Assembly: GCA_045805265.1 (NCBI GenBank)
Contig: JBJMLO010000008.1
Span: forward strand, 128,846-192,845
DNA: 64,000 nt
Direction of reading: 5' to 3'
Origin: Actinomycetota bacterium
GTDB taxonomy: Bacteria > Actinomycetota > UBA4738 > JACQTL01
Shown in pieces: positions 15,541 to 24,998 of this stretch (its first letter is position 1; each line of letters opens with the position of its first letter). The notes beneath the pieces are model-generated. The model was not told the origin of the DNA. It saw only the letters and a list, made by a program, of their open reading frames with translations, and searched no databases. Position numbers and translations under genes: made by a program.

Positions 15541-17622
15541 CTATTCGGAGAGCGGGATCGTCCCCCGCACCCGTGTCCCCCGGCCGGGGGTGGACTCGAC
15601 GCGCAGGGTGCCCCCGACCGCCCCCAGGCGGTCGTTCATGTTGGTGAAACCCACGCCGTTCCGCCGGGCGGTCACGTCGAATCCGACGCCGTCGTCGGCG
15701 GCCTCGAACAGCAGCGCCCCGGCCTCCTCCCAGACCCGGACGACCACCGACGCGCCCTCACCCGCGTACTTCCCGGCGTTCTGCATGGCCTCCAGGCAGC
15801 AGAAGTACACGGTGGCCTCGACCTCGGCGGAGTGGCGGCCCACGTCCCCGGCTCGGATCTCCACCGGGAGCGCCGCGCGGCGCGCCGCGGAGTCCAGCGC
15901 CGGCCCGATGCCCCGGTCGGCCAGGAGCGGCGGGTAGATCCCATGGGCCAGGGCGCGCAGCTGCTGCACCGCTTCCTCGATGTCGCCGCCCAGCTCCTCG
16001 ATCAGCTCGGATGCCTTGGCGGGGTCCCGCTCGCCCAGCTGGCGGGCCAGGCGGAGCTTCACCGCGATGGCCACCAGGTGCTGCTGGGCGCCGTCGTGGA
16101 GGTTCCGCTCGATGCGCCGCCGCTCCTGGTTGGCCACGGCCACGATGCGGCCCCGGGACGCCTGGAGCTCGCCGGCCTGCCGGCGCACCTCGTCCAGCGA
16201 CGACTGCAGGGCGGAGTCCAGCCGGACGTTGTGCATGGCCAGCCCGACCTGCCGGGAGAGCTCGGCCAGGACCCGGTCCTCCTCGTCGTCGAACGGCTGC
16301 CCCTCCGGCGCGCGCTCGGCGACGAGGAGCCCGAGCAGCTCGCCGGAGTGGGTGACCGGAGCCAGTCGCAGCACGGCGTCCTCCCGCCCCTCCAGGACCC
16401 CGGGGAGCCACAGGCGGGCCCACGCGGGCCCGGACAGGCCCGCCCGGGAGACCGTGGCCTCCTCCGTCTGGCCGAGCGAGATGGGGCCGCGGGGCCCCTC
16501 CGGATCGGAGGCCGAGAGGTCCAGCCTGCCGCCGGTGGCCGTCCACATCTCCGCCGCGCGCAGCGCGAACGCCGAGCGCACCGACTCCACCATCTGCAGC
16601 AGGAGCTCGTCGAGCGGCACCGACCGCGACATCCGGGTTCCGAACGAGCGCAGGACGTCCTCCGACGTCGGCCGGCCGCCGTAGGCCAGGCGGGAGGCGA
16701 GACGGCGCAGCCGCCCCCGGGCGGGGACGTACAGCAACGCCGCCAGGCCGGCCGCGACCATCGACAGCACGAGCAGGGTCCGCTCGTCGTGGCGGGGAAC
16801 GCGCCCCAGGCCGATCACGACCGCCACGTAGATCCCGGCGACGATCGCCGAGAGCCCGGCGAGCGACACCGCGTTCGCAAACAGGGCGTCGATCGCCACG
16901 GCGACTCCCGGCGCGGCCTCCAGCAGCAGGGCGACCGGGACGGCGACCGTCCAGCCGACGGCCCACAGCCCGGCCGACGGCGGCCAGTCGACCAGCGCCC
17001 ACAGGATCCCCACGGCCACCGCGCCCCAGGCCGCCGCGAGGACTCCCAGCGCGAGCCACTTCATGTGCCGCTGCTCGTTCGGCGTGACCCGGCCGAACCG
17101 GTCGGCGAATCCCGGCGCGCCCACGAGCAGGGCCACGACGAGCTCGCCGGCGACGAGCGGCGTGTTCACCCGGCCTCCCGCCATCGCCACGGCGGCGGCC
17201 AGGGCGCCCACGTAGACGAGGCCGGCGACCACCCGCCGGGTCGACGTCCCGAGGCGTCCGTCCGGCATGCCCAGCAGCAGATGGGCGCCGACCGCGGGCA
17301 GCAAGCCGGCCGCGGCCGGGCCCAGGTCCCCGTTCAGCAGCCCGATGCCCGCCACCGCCGCTCCCCCACCGAGGACGGCGCCCAGGGGCTCGCCCCGGAA
17401 CCGGAACGTGCGGACCGCCCCGGCCGCCGCCCACACCACCGCGGTGGCGGCGAGCAGGATCAGTCCGTGTCCCGCCCCCCGCACGACCTGGGCGACCAGC
17501 GCGGCGCCGGACAGGCCGATCCCGGCCACCGCGAGCACGGCGCCGAGGGCGAGGGCTCCCGTCCTTCGATCGCGCCCGACGTCCACATGGGGTGCCGTTC
17601 CCGCCTTCACCGTGGTGGCCAT
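15541..17622 (-). CDS. sensor histidine kinase, NarL/HisKA_3 type, with a multi-pass N-terminal membrane domain
   Basis: Track ORF 15541..17628. ERRRIERNLHDGAQQHLVAIAVKLRLA is the HisKA_3 H-box. The C-terminal HATPase (GVGFTNMNDRLGAVGGTLRVESTPGRGTRVRGTIPL) follows. The N-terminal 300 aa are hydrophobic. No response-regulator gene is adjacent. Confidence 0.85.
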   Translation of the reverse strand: MATTVKAGTAPHVDVGRDRRTGALALGAVLAVAGIGLSGAALVAQVVRGAGHGLILLAATAVVWAAAGAVRTFRFRGEPLGAVLGGGAAVAGIGLLNGDLGPAAAGLLPAVGAHLLLGMPDGRLGTSTRRVVAGLVYVGALAAAVAMAGGRVNTPLVAGELVVALLVGAPGFADRFGRVTPNEQRHMKWLALGVLAAAWGAVAVGILWALVDWPPSAGLWAVGWTVAVPVALLLEAAPGVAVAIDALFANAVSLAGLSAIVAGIYVAVVIGLGRVPRHDERTLLVLSMVAAGLAALLYVPARGRLRRLASRLAYGGRPTSEDVLRSFGTRMSRSVPLDELLLQMVESVRSAFALRAAEMWTATGGRLDLSASDPEGPRGPISLGQTEEATVSRAGLSGPAWARLWLPGVLEGREDAVLRLAPVTHSGELLGLLVAERAPEGQPFDDEEDRVLAELSRQVGLAMHNVRLDSALQSSLDEVRRQAGELQASRGRIVAVANQERRRIERNLHDGAQQHLVAIAVKLRLARQLGERDPAKASELIEELGGDIEEAVQQLRALAHGIYPPLLADRGIGPALDSAARRAALPVEIRAGDVGRHSAEVEATVYFCCLEAMQNAGKYAGEGASVVVRVWEEAGALLFEAADDGVGFDVTARRNGVGFTNMNDRLGAVGGTLRVESTPGRGTRVRGTIPLSE

Positions 17623-17644
17623 TCCCAATTCCCCTTTCTCGTGT

Positions 17645-20095
17645 TCATTCCGCTCTCAGCGCCAGCGCGGCCTGGGTCCGCGCGGCTCGAAATCCCGGCG
17701 CCGCGGCGACGAGGTTCGCGGCGAGGAACGTGGTGGCGGCGATCGCCAGCACGATCACCGCGGGCACGGTCGCCTCGGGAACCACGCCCAGCCCCTCCGC
17801 GAAGGCCGTCCACGCCCACCTGCCGGCGGTCACGCCGAGCGGGATCCCCGCGGCCACCGCCACCACCGCGGTGGTGGTGGCCTGCCAGACCACGGTCCCC
17901 CACACCTGCCGCCGGACGAACCCCAGGGTCTTCAACACGGCCAGGTCCCGGCGGCGCCGGCGTACCGCGGCGGCCAGGGCGTGGGCCAGCGTGGCGGCGG
18001 CGATCACCCCCAGCCCGAACGCGAGGAAGACCGGCAGGCTGCGCACCCGCCCGACGTTCTGGAGGTCCTCGGCCAGGTCCGGGCTGGCCACCGTTCCGCC
18101 GATCCGCCGATCGACCCGATTCAGCGAACGCACCGCCGCGCCACGGTCGACCCCGGGCCGAAGGCGGACGGCGACGACGTTCTCGGCCGCCTCGGGGACG
18201 AGGGCCCGGAGCCCGTCGAACGTCATCCCCGCGCCGTGGCCGAGGGTGTCGGTTCCACCACCCTCCGGGACCACGACGCGCCCCGTGACCCGCATGTCGA
18301 GGGTTCGCGTGCCGACCCGGGCACGGACGGTGTCGCCCAACCCCACACCGAGCTCCTGCATGGTCTTCGACCCGAAGGCCACCTCGCCGTCGTCGGCCGG
18401 CCACGTCCCCTGGACCACGGTGGGCGAAAGGTGGCCCCTGACCTGGTCGAGGGCCCACACGGTCACCCGTGTCGAGCGGCCCGGCACGCCGAACTCCACC
18501 TTCGTGATGACGTTGCCCCCCGCGAAAGCGCCGACATAATTGTTGTGCCGCAGCGGCGGGAACACACGCCGGGCGGTGTCGCCCCCGTAGGAGTTGCCCA
18601 GCCCGTAATCCCAGTTCCATCCCGCCAGGCGCGGGGTCGAGAGGAGCCTGTCGAAGCTCGAGTGGAACGTGAACGACGCGACCACGGCCGACACGGCGAG
18701 GGCGAGGCCCACCATGGTGCTCCACACCGGGACGGCGGTTCGCCCCCGGCCCGGGAGCAGCGCCATGCGCACGCCCGACGTCACGGTCGGGGGGGCGCCC
18801 GCATCGGCCAGCGCACCGACCACCCGGCTCGGCCGGGAGCCGCCCTCGAGGACGATCACGCCCTGCGGGTCCCCCCGGGCCACGGCGGCGCGCCACGCCG
18901 GCACGATCGCGAGGAGGACGGCGGCGACGACCACCCCCGCGGCGCCGAGGATGATGACGAGGACGTCCACCGACAGGCCCGGGTTCGGCTCGACCACCCA
19001 GGCTCGGCCGATCGGCATCAGCACGGAGAGCCCCACGGCGATGCACACCGCGATCGCCGAGCCGACCGCGCCGATCAACGCACCGCGGAGGATCCCTCCG
19101 GCGAACAGCTGACCCCGGCTGAAGCCGAGGGCCCGGAGCGTCGGGTGCTCGATGCTGTCGAGGAACTGCTGCCTGGCCAGTGCCTGCCCCACGACCAGCA
19201 GCCCCACCAGCGCGGCGAGGCCGGCGAAGATCCACAGGGCGATGGCCAGCGGGTGGAGCTGGTTGGTGCTGACCGCCCTCGCGTCGCCGAACGTGCCCTC
19301 CCCGATCTGCTCGCCGCGCGCCAGCCGGTCGACGTCCCGAGAGAAGCGGATGACGTCCGCCTGACCGTGACGGAGCCGCACCAGCATCGCCGGCAGGCGC
19401 TCGAACCGGTCCCGGACGCTCCGATCGAAGGCCGGGGTGAAGAACACGTCGGAGTACGCGGCATCCGCGGTCAGCGAGGCCTCATCCACCACGATGCCGA
19501 CGATGCGGAACCTCATGGCGCCCGCGAAGACCCCCGGAGGCGGGGACGAGGGGTCCCCCTGGACCAGGCCGGGATCAACCCCCGGTTTGAGGAACCGCGC
19601 GGTGAACGTCGACCCCGGCCGCACCGGCACGTGCAGGTTCGCCTCCACCTGCGAGACGGAGGCGTAGCCCACGGTGACCTCGTCGGGCCGTGACGGGTCG
19701 GCCAGTCGCCCCTCCAGAACCTTCACCCTGCCGAACTCGAGGCCCCGGACGCCCAGGCAGACGGCGCCGCTGCCCTGCCCCACCGGATACAGCTTGCCGC
19801 CCTGCGTCGGCAGGAAGTTGTACGAGAAGCACCGGACGGACCCGGCGACCTCGGGCAGCGATGCGACCCGGCCCAGGTCGAGCCGACGGAAGCCGTGGAC
19901 GTCGATCGTCCCGATCCCCACGTCGGCGGGTTGCTCGTACGCGAGGAGGCGCTCGTACGCAGAATCAGTTCGCCGAGCCCCGGCGGCGGTTCCCAGAACG
20001 AGTCCCCCGGCAAGCCCCAGCACCACGGCCAGCGCGGCCCAGGATCGCCACCGGCGCCCGAGCGCCGAGCGCACCAACGCCCACGTCGCGATCAT
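17645..20095 (-). CDS. ABC transporter permease, two-FtsX-domain MacB-like (816 aa), copy 1
   Basis: Track ORF 17645..20551 trimmed to MIATWALVRSALGRRWRSWAALAVVLGLAGG (ATG at 20095, or the GTG at 20101 overlapping the upstream stop). The LKTLGF motif appears twice. Confidence 0.85.
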   Translation of the reverse strand: MIATWALVRSALGRRWRSWAALAVVLGLAGGLVLGTAAGARRTDSAYERLLAYEQPADVGIGTIDVHGFRRLDLGRVASLPEVAGSVRCFSYNFLPTQGGKLYPVGQGSGAVCLGVRGLEFGRVKVLEGRLADPSRPDEVTVGYASVSQVEANLHVPVRPGSTFTARFLKPGVDPGLVQGDPSSPPPGVFAGAMRFRIVGIVVDEASLTADAAYSDVFFTPAFDRSVRDRFERLPAMLVRLRHGQADVIRFSRDVDRLARGEQIGEGTFGDARAVSTNQLHPLAIALWIFAGLAALVGLLVVGQALARQQFLDSIEHPTLRALGFSRGQLFAGGILRGALIGAVGSAIAVCIAVGLSVLMPIGRAWVVEPNPGLSVDVLVIILGAAGVVVAAVLLAIVPAWRAAVARGDPQGVIVLEGGSRPSRVVGALADAGAPPTVTSGVRMALLPGRGRTAVPVWSTMVGLALAVSAVVASFTFHSSFDRLLSTPRLAGWNWDYGLGNSYGGDTARRVFPPLRHNNYVGAFAGGNVITKVEFGVPGRSTRVTVWALDQVRGHLSPTVVQGTWPADDGEVAFGSKTMQELGVGLGDTVRARVGTRTLDMRVTGRVVVPEGGGTDTLGHGAGMTFDGLRALVPEAAENVVAVRLRPGVDRGAAVRSLNRVDRRIGGTVASPDLAEDLQNVGRVRSLPVFLAFGLGVIAAATLAHALAAAVRRRRRDLAVLKTLGFVRRQVWGTVVWQATTTAVVAVAAGIPLGVTAGRWAWTAFAEGLGVVPEATVPAVIVLAIAATTFLAANLVAAAPGFRAARTQAALALRAE

Positions 20096-20097
20096 CG

Positions 20098-22563
20098 TCA
20101 CTCCGTCCTCAGGACCATGGCGGGCCGGGTCCGGGCGGCGCTCCGGCCCGGGAGCGCCGCGATCAGGTTCGCCAGGAGGATCGCGGCCGGCACGGTGACG
20201 GCCAGGGTCACGCTCGGCATCAGGAGGTCCGAGGCCACCCCGAGTCGCCCCGCGAAGAGGGCCCAGGCCCACCGTCCTCCGGCCACGCCGAGCGGGATGC
20301 CGACGAGGAGCGACACGGCGATCAGCGTGGTGGCCTGCCAGGCAACGGTGGCCCGCACCTGCCGCCGAGAGAACCCGAGCGTCTTCAGCACGGCCAGATC
20401 TCGGCGCCGGCGGCGGACCGACGTCACCAGGACATGGACCATCAGCGCGGCAGCGAGAAGCGCGAGGAGGGCGGAGAGCAGCATCGGCGTCGCCACGACC
20501 CGCTGGTAGCTCGAGATGTCGGCCGGGGGGGCCGGCCCGAGCTGGTCGCACTCCCCCTGAGGACAGCCGCCCTGGTAGAGCGTACGGCGAAGGCGTGCCG
20601 TGGCCGCGCCGACGTCCGTCCCGGGCCGGAACCGCACCAGCACGAAGTTGTAGGCGTGGCTCGGCGAGGGCCGGACCGGCCCGTGGGGGCCGAACACCTG
20701 GGGCACGGGCAGATCCGAGGCGATCACCTCCGCCCCCGCTCCGAGGCTGGTCGGGGTGAAGGACCCCTGTCCGAGCGTCGGGAACACCGCCTCCCCCACC
20801 ACCCGCATGTTCCTCGTCGCGCCGGACGGGAGCCGGACGCTCACCGTCCGCCCGATCCCGGTCCCGAGATCCCGAGCCGTCGTCGCCCCCAGCACGATCT
20901 CGTCGGGACCGGTCGCGTTCCGCCCGAGGAGCAGCGTGGGATGGACGTCGCCGTTGAGGGGGTCGATCCCGACCGCGGGGACCCTCGCCGAGCCGATCGA
21001 CAGGTTCCCGTACACGCCCCCCGAGTACGTCCCGATGGCCTGGTCATGCGCCGCGACGCCGCGGACGTCGTCCACGGAGGATGCCGCGAACCCGAAGTCG
21101 ACCATGGCGTCCCAGTTCCATCCGTACCGGGACGGGTCGTGCACCAGCCGGTCGAGGTTCGTGCCGAACGTGGCCGCCGCGATCACGGCGGCGACGCCGA
21201 CGGCGAGGCCGGCCAGCGCGCTCCGCACCGGAACCGCGGTACGACCTCGTCCCGGCTCCACGGCCATGCGCACGCCGGTGGCAGCGGAAACCGGGAGGCC
21301 GGCCCGCACGGCGGCCGCCCCCAGCCGGGACACCGGCGCCGGCCGGTCCGCGACGCCCTGGGCCGAGCCGGGGACGCCGGCGGCCCTCCAGGCCGGTACG
21401 GCCGCGGCGCCCACCAGGACGAGGATCGCGGCTGCGGACCCGCCCCCCAGGATCGCCCAGTTCACGGCGAAGCCGGGGTGGAGCTCCACGAGCCGGACCG
21501 CGCCAATCGGGAACAACGGGGACGCAGCCGCCGCAACGGCCATCCCGATCACGCAGCCGGCGGCCGCCACGGCCGCCACGCGGCTGATGGCCACCGCGGC
21601 CAGCTGGGGGCGGGTCATCCCCAGCGCCCGCAGCGTGGGGTACTCGAGCCCCTCCGTCCACACCTGGCGCGACACGAGCTGCGAGGCGGCAAGGAACGAG
21701 GCCACGGCCGCGAGCAGCGCGAACAGGCCGAGCGCTGCGGACTCCGGCGCGATGGCCCGCCGGACCCGCTCGTGCTGGTCGGCCTGGTTCGCAAAGAAGA
21801 GGCCATGGGCCCGGGGGTCCGCCTTCGCGAGGCGCCGGGCCTCGTCACGGAACCCGGCGAGATCGGTCCCCGGCCGGAGCTGCACGTACATGCCGTCGAA
21901 GTCGAGCGCCCGGAACCGGAAGCTCCGGTAGAAGGCCGGGGTCGAGACGATCGTCGGGGCCACGTCGAGCCGATTCGCCGGGACGACGTCGGTGGACGTG
22001 ACGCCGACGCCCACGACCCGGAGGGTGATGGGGGTGCCCTTGGAGACCGGAGTCGTCGAGGTGTCATCGGGGGAGAACGGGAACACGACCGCCCGAACCT
22101 TGTCGCCCACCGAGAGGTGCAGCCGGCCGGCGGCGACGCGGTTGATCAGGACCTCGGTCCGGCTGCGGGAGTCGGGGAGCCTGCCCGCCAGGAGGCGGGG
22201 GCGCTCGATCGACCTCAGGAACCTGCCGTCGACGCTCGCGAGGTCGTTGAACGCCCCGAACTGGCGGCCGTCCGGGAGGAGCAGCGCGGTCGGGACCCCC
22301 GCGACGACCCCGACGCGCCGCACCTCCGGGAGGGCCGCGACCCGGTCGTAGAAGCCGTGGAGGCCCGTCCCCAGCACCGAGACCAGCGCGTCGGCCGCGT
22401 ACCCCTCCCGCAGGAAACGCGGGTACGCCGTCTGGGTCCGCCGGGCGCCGGCGGCCGCCGTGAGCACGACGCCGAGCGCGACCGCGATGACCGCGGCGAG
22501 CGCCACCGACGAGCGCCATCTCGACCGAAGCTCGGCGGCGACCCTGACCCGGACGGCGCCCAT
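20098..22563 (-). CDS. ABC transporter permease, two-FtsX-domain MacB-like, copy 2
   Basis: Track ORF 20098..22737 trimmed to MGAVRVRVAAELRSRWRSSVALAAVIAVALG. The start overlaps the stop of copy 3 (ATGA). Confidence 0.85.
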   Translation of the reverse strand: MGAVRVRVAAELRSRWRSSVALAAVIAVALGVVLTAAAGARRTQTAYPRFLREGYAADALVSVLGTGLHGFYDRVAALPEVRRVGVVAGVPTALLLPDGRQFGAFNDLASVDGRFLRSIERPRLLAGRLPDSRSRTEVLINRVAAGRLHLSVGDKVRAVVFPFSPDDTSTTPVSKGTPITLRVVGVGVTSTDVVPANRLDVAPTIVSTPAFYRSFRFRALDFDGMYVQLRPGTDLAGFRDEARRLAKADPRAHGLFFANQADQHERVRRAIAPESAALGLFALLAAVASFLAASQLVSRQVWTEGLEYPTLRALGMTRPQLAAVAISRVAAVAAAGCVIGMAVAAAASPLFPIGAVRLVELHPGFAVNWAILGGGSAAAILVLVGAAAVPAWRAAGVPGSAQGVADRPAPVSRLGAAAVRAGLPVSAATGVRMAVEPGRGRTAVPVRSALAGLAVGVAAVIAAATFGTNLDRLVHDPSRYGWNWDAMVDFGFAASSVDDVRGVAAHDQAIGTYSGGVYGNLSIGSARVPAVGIDPLNGDVHPTLLLGRNATGPDEIVLGATTARDLGTGIGRTVSVRLPSGATRNMRVVGEAVFPTLGQGSFTPTSLGAGAEVIASDLPVPQVFGPHGPVRPSPSHAYNFVLVRFRPGTDVGAATARLRRTLYQGGCPQGECDQLGPAPPADISSYQRVVATPMLLSALLALLAAALMVHVLVTSVRRRRRDLAVLKTLGFSRRQVRATVAWQATTLIAVSLLVGIPLGVAGGRWAWALFAGRLGVASDLLMPSVTLAVTVPAAILLANLIAALPGRSAARTRPAMVLRTE

Positions 22564-24998
22564 CACTCGCTCCTCAGCACCTCGGCCGGGCGGGTCCGCG
22601 CGGCGAGCCGGCCGGGGACCGCGGCCATCGCGTTCGCCACCGCGAGCGTCGCCGGGGCGATCAGGAGCACCCCGACGATCGGCACGATCGCGACCGGGAC
22701 CACCCCGAGCTGGCCCGCGAAGAAGTTCCATCCCCACCGGCCGGCGACGGCGCCGAGCGGCAGCCCGATCGCGACCGCGATGGCGGCCAGCGCCGTGGCC
22801 TGCCAGGCCACGGTCGCGGACACCTGTCTCCTCGAGAAGCCGATGGTCTTGAGGATCGCCAGGTCACGGCGGCGGCGCCGGACCGACGTGACCAGCGTGT
22901 GGGCCAGCGTGGCGGCGGCGAGCAGCGCCACGACCCCCGCCAGCACGATGGGCACCCCTCGGACGTCGCCCAGGTACGCCACCCGCTGCGACTGCAGGAG
23001 CGGCAGGTCGAAGAAGTACGGCACGGTGCGCGCGAGCTCGGCCATCACCATCCCCTGGTGGACGCCGGGCGCGAACCGCACGAACTCGCCACCCTCGTGG
23101 GCGCTCTGCGGATCGACCCGCCGCACCCACTCCAGGAAGAGCGCGGCACCCTCCCCCGGCCGGGAGAAGGAGAAGAACAGGTCCGGCATGGCGACCCGGC
23201 CGACGACCCGCATGGTGGTGGTGGTGCTCGCGACACGCACGCGGACGGTGTCCCCGATCCCGACGCCGGACGACCGCAACGTCTCCGCTCCCAGGGCGAT
23301 CTCGTCGGGCGATGCGGGGAGGGAGCCGTCCGCAAGCGACGGGGTCACCGAGCCCCGTCTCGACTCCATGGCGATCCCCAGCACCCGGTTCCCGTTCACG
23401 GTGACCTCCGGGAGGGCGCCGACCGAGTAGGACTCCACCCGCGGATCGTGAGCCAGGAACGCGATGAGCTTCCGCTGCGAGACCTGGTTCGCGGCCGCGG
23501 GGGCGTTCTCGTCGAGATCGATGCCCACGAGCGCGTCCCAGTTCCACCCCGAGAGCGCCGGCGTGGCGGTGAGGTGCTGCAGGCTCGCCCCGAAGGACAG
23601 CGCGCCCGCCAGCGCGAACAGACCGAGGGCGGTGCCGAGCATCGTGGTCCGCACCGGCACGGCGGTCCGGCCCCGGCCCGGCTCGAGCGCCATGCGGACC
23701 CCGGTCACCGCGCTGGGCGCGCGCCCCAACCGGGCCAGCAGCTCGGCGAACGCCGACGGCCGCCGGGCGCCACCCTCGAGGACGCCGAGTCCAGTGCCCC
23801 GGGCCCGGGCGGCCCGCCAGACGGGAACCGCCCCCACCAGCACCACCAGGACGGCGATCGCGGCTGCCCCGACCACCACCACGAGCGCGTCCACGGCGAA
23901 CCCGGGGTGGGGCTCCGCGATCCGGGCCAGACCGGTAGGGCTGAGGGGGGACAACAGGATGCCGACGCCGGCCGCGATGACGGCGCCCACGGCCCCGATG
24001 GCAACGACGCGGACGATTCCGACCGCGAACAGCTGCCGCGGGGACATCCCCAGGGCGCGCAGCGTGGGGTACTCCGTCGACTCCAGGAAGGTGTGGCGGG
24101 CCAGCGACTGGCCGAAGATGGCCAGCCCGGCCACGACGAGCAGGATCGCGAGCACCCACAGCGCGATGGCCTGGGCCTTCGTCGCGCTCTGAACCCCGGC
24201 GGTCTGCTGCTCCTGCCGGAACGGAAAGTCGAACGACACCTGCAGCCGGTCGTGGAGCGCGCTCAGCTCGCGGCGGAACGCCGGGACGTCGGCCGTGCCA
24301 TGGCGCAGGCGGACGGCCACCGCCTCGTCCGACCCGTAGAACAACGAGCGGTGCGCCCGGTAGAACGCCGGCGTGAGGTGGAAGCCGGCCAGGTATCCGC
24401 CCGACACCGGCTCGAATTCCCCCGGCGCCGCGCCCACTCCGACGACCGTCACCGGGATCGGCGGGGGCCGCCGGCCGGAAGGGGGCGCGGACCCGAACGT
24501 GCCCCGTCCGAAGATGCCCAGCTGCACCCGGTCGCCCGGCTCGAGGTGCAGCCGCTGGGCCACCGTGAAGCTGGCGACCGCCTCGTCTGGCCGTGCGGGG
24601 TTCGCCGGCCTGCCCGACAGGATCTTGAGCTCGTTGAGGGTGGTCCCGAAGCGGCCGTCCAGGCTCACGATCGGGAACACGTCAGGGAACTGCAGGATCC
24701 GCCCGGTCGAGGTGCGGACGGCCTGGGCGGTGATGGTCAGCCTCGAGAACTGGACGACCTGGGGAAGCCGCTCGACCTCGGTGAACGCGCGCTCGCGGTC
24801 CCTTCCGAACGGGTTCACCACGAGGTCGAGCCCGCGCTGCGCAGTCACGAACCTGGGGTACGCGGTCTCGGTCCGCCGGGCCCCGGCCGCCGCCGCGATC
24901 ACGACCCCGCCCATCAGTCCCACCAGGACGGCGAGCGCGACTGCCGCGGGGAACCGCGAGCGGAGCTCCGCGCCGGCTCGCATCCTCACGGCCCCCAT
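22563..24998 (-). CDS. ABC transporter permease, two-FtsX-domain MacB-like, copy 3
   Basis: Track ORF 22563..25973 trimmed to MGAVRMRAGAELRSRFPAAVALAVLVGLMGG. The start overlaps the stop of copy 4. Confidence 0.85.
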   Translation of the reverse strand: MGAVRMRAGAELRSRFPAAVALAVLVGLMGGVVIAAAAGARRTETAYPRFVTAQRGLDLVVNPFGRDRERAFTEVERLPQVVQFSRLTITAQAVRTSTGRILQFPDVFPIVSLDGRFGTTLNELKILSGRPANPARPDEAVASFTVAQRLHLEPGDRVQLGIFGRGTFGSAPPSGRRPPPIPVTVVGVGAAPGEFEPVSGGYLAGFHLTPAFYRAHRSLFYGSDEAVAVRLRHGTADVPAFRRELSALHDRLQVSFDFPFRQEQQTAGVQSATKAQAIALWVLAILLVVAGLAIFGQSLARHTFLESTEYPTLRALGMSPRQLFAVGIVRVVAIGAVGAVIAAGVGILLSPLSPTGLARIAEPHPGFAVDALVVVVGAAAIAVLVVLVGAVPVWRAARARGTGLGVLEGGARRPSAFAELLARLGRAPSAVTGVRMALEPGRGRTAVPVRTTMLGTALGLFALAGALSFGASLQHLTATPALSGWNWDALVGIDLDENAPAAANQVSQRKLIAFLAHDPRVESYSVGALPEVTVNGNRVLGIAMESRRGSVTPSLADGSLPASPDEIALGAETLRSSGVGIGDTVRVRVASTTTTMRVVGRVAMPDLFFSFSRPGEGAALFLEWVRRVDPQSAHEGGEFVRFAPGVHQGMVMAELARTVPYFFDLPLLQSQRVAYLGDVRGVPIVLAGVVALLAAATLAHTLVTSVRRRRRDLAILKTIGFSRRQVSATVAWQATALAAIAVAIGLPLGAVAGRWGWNFFAGQLGVVPVAIVPIVGVLLIAPATLAVANAMAAVPGRLAARTRPAEVLRSE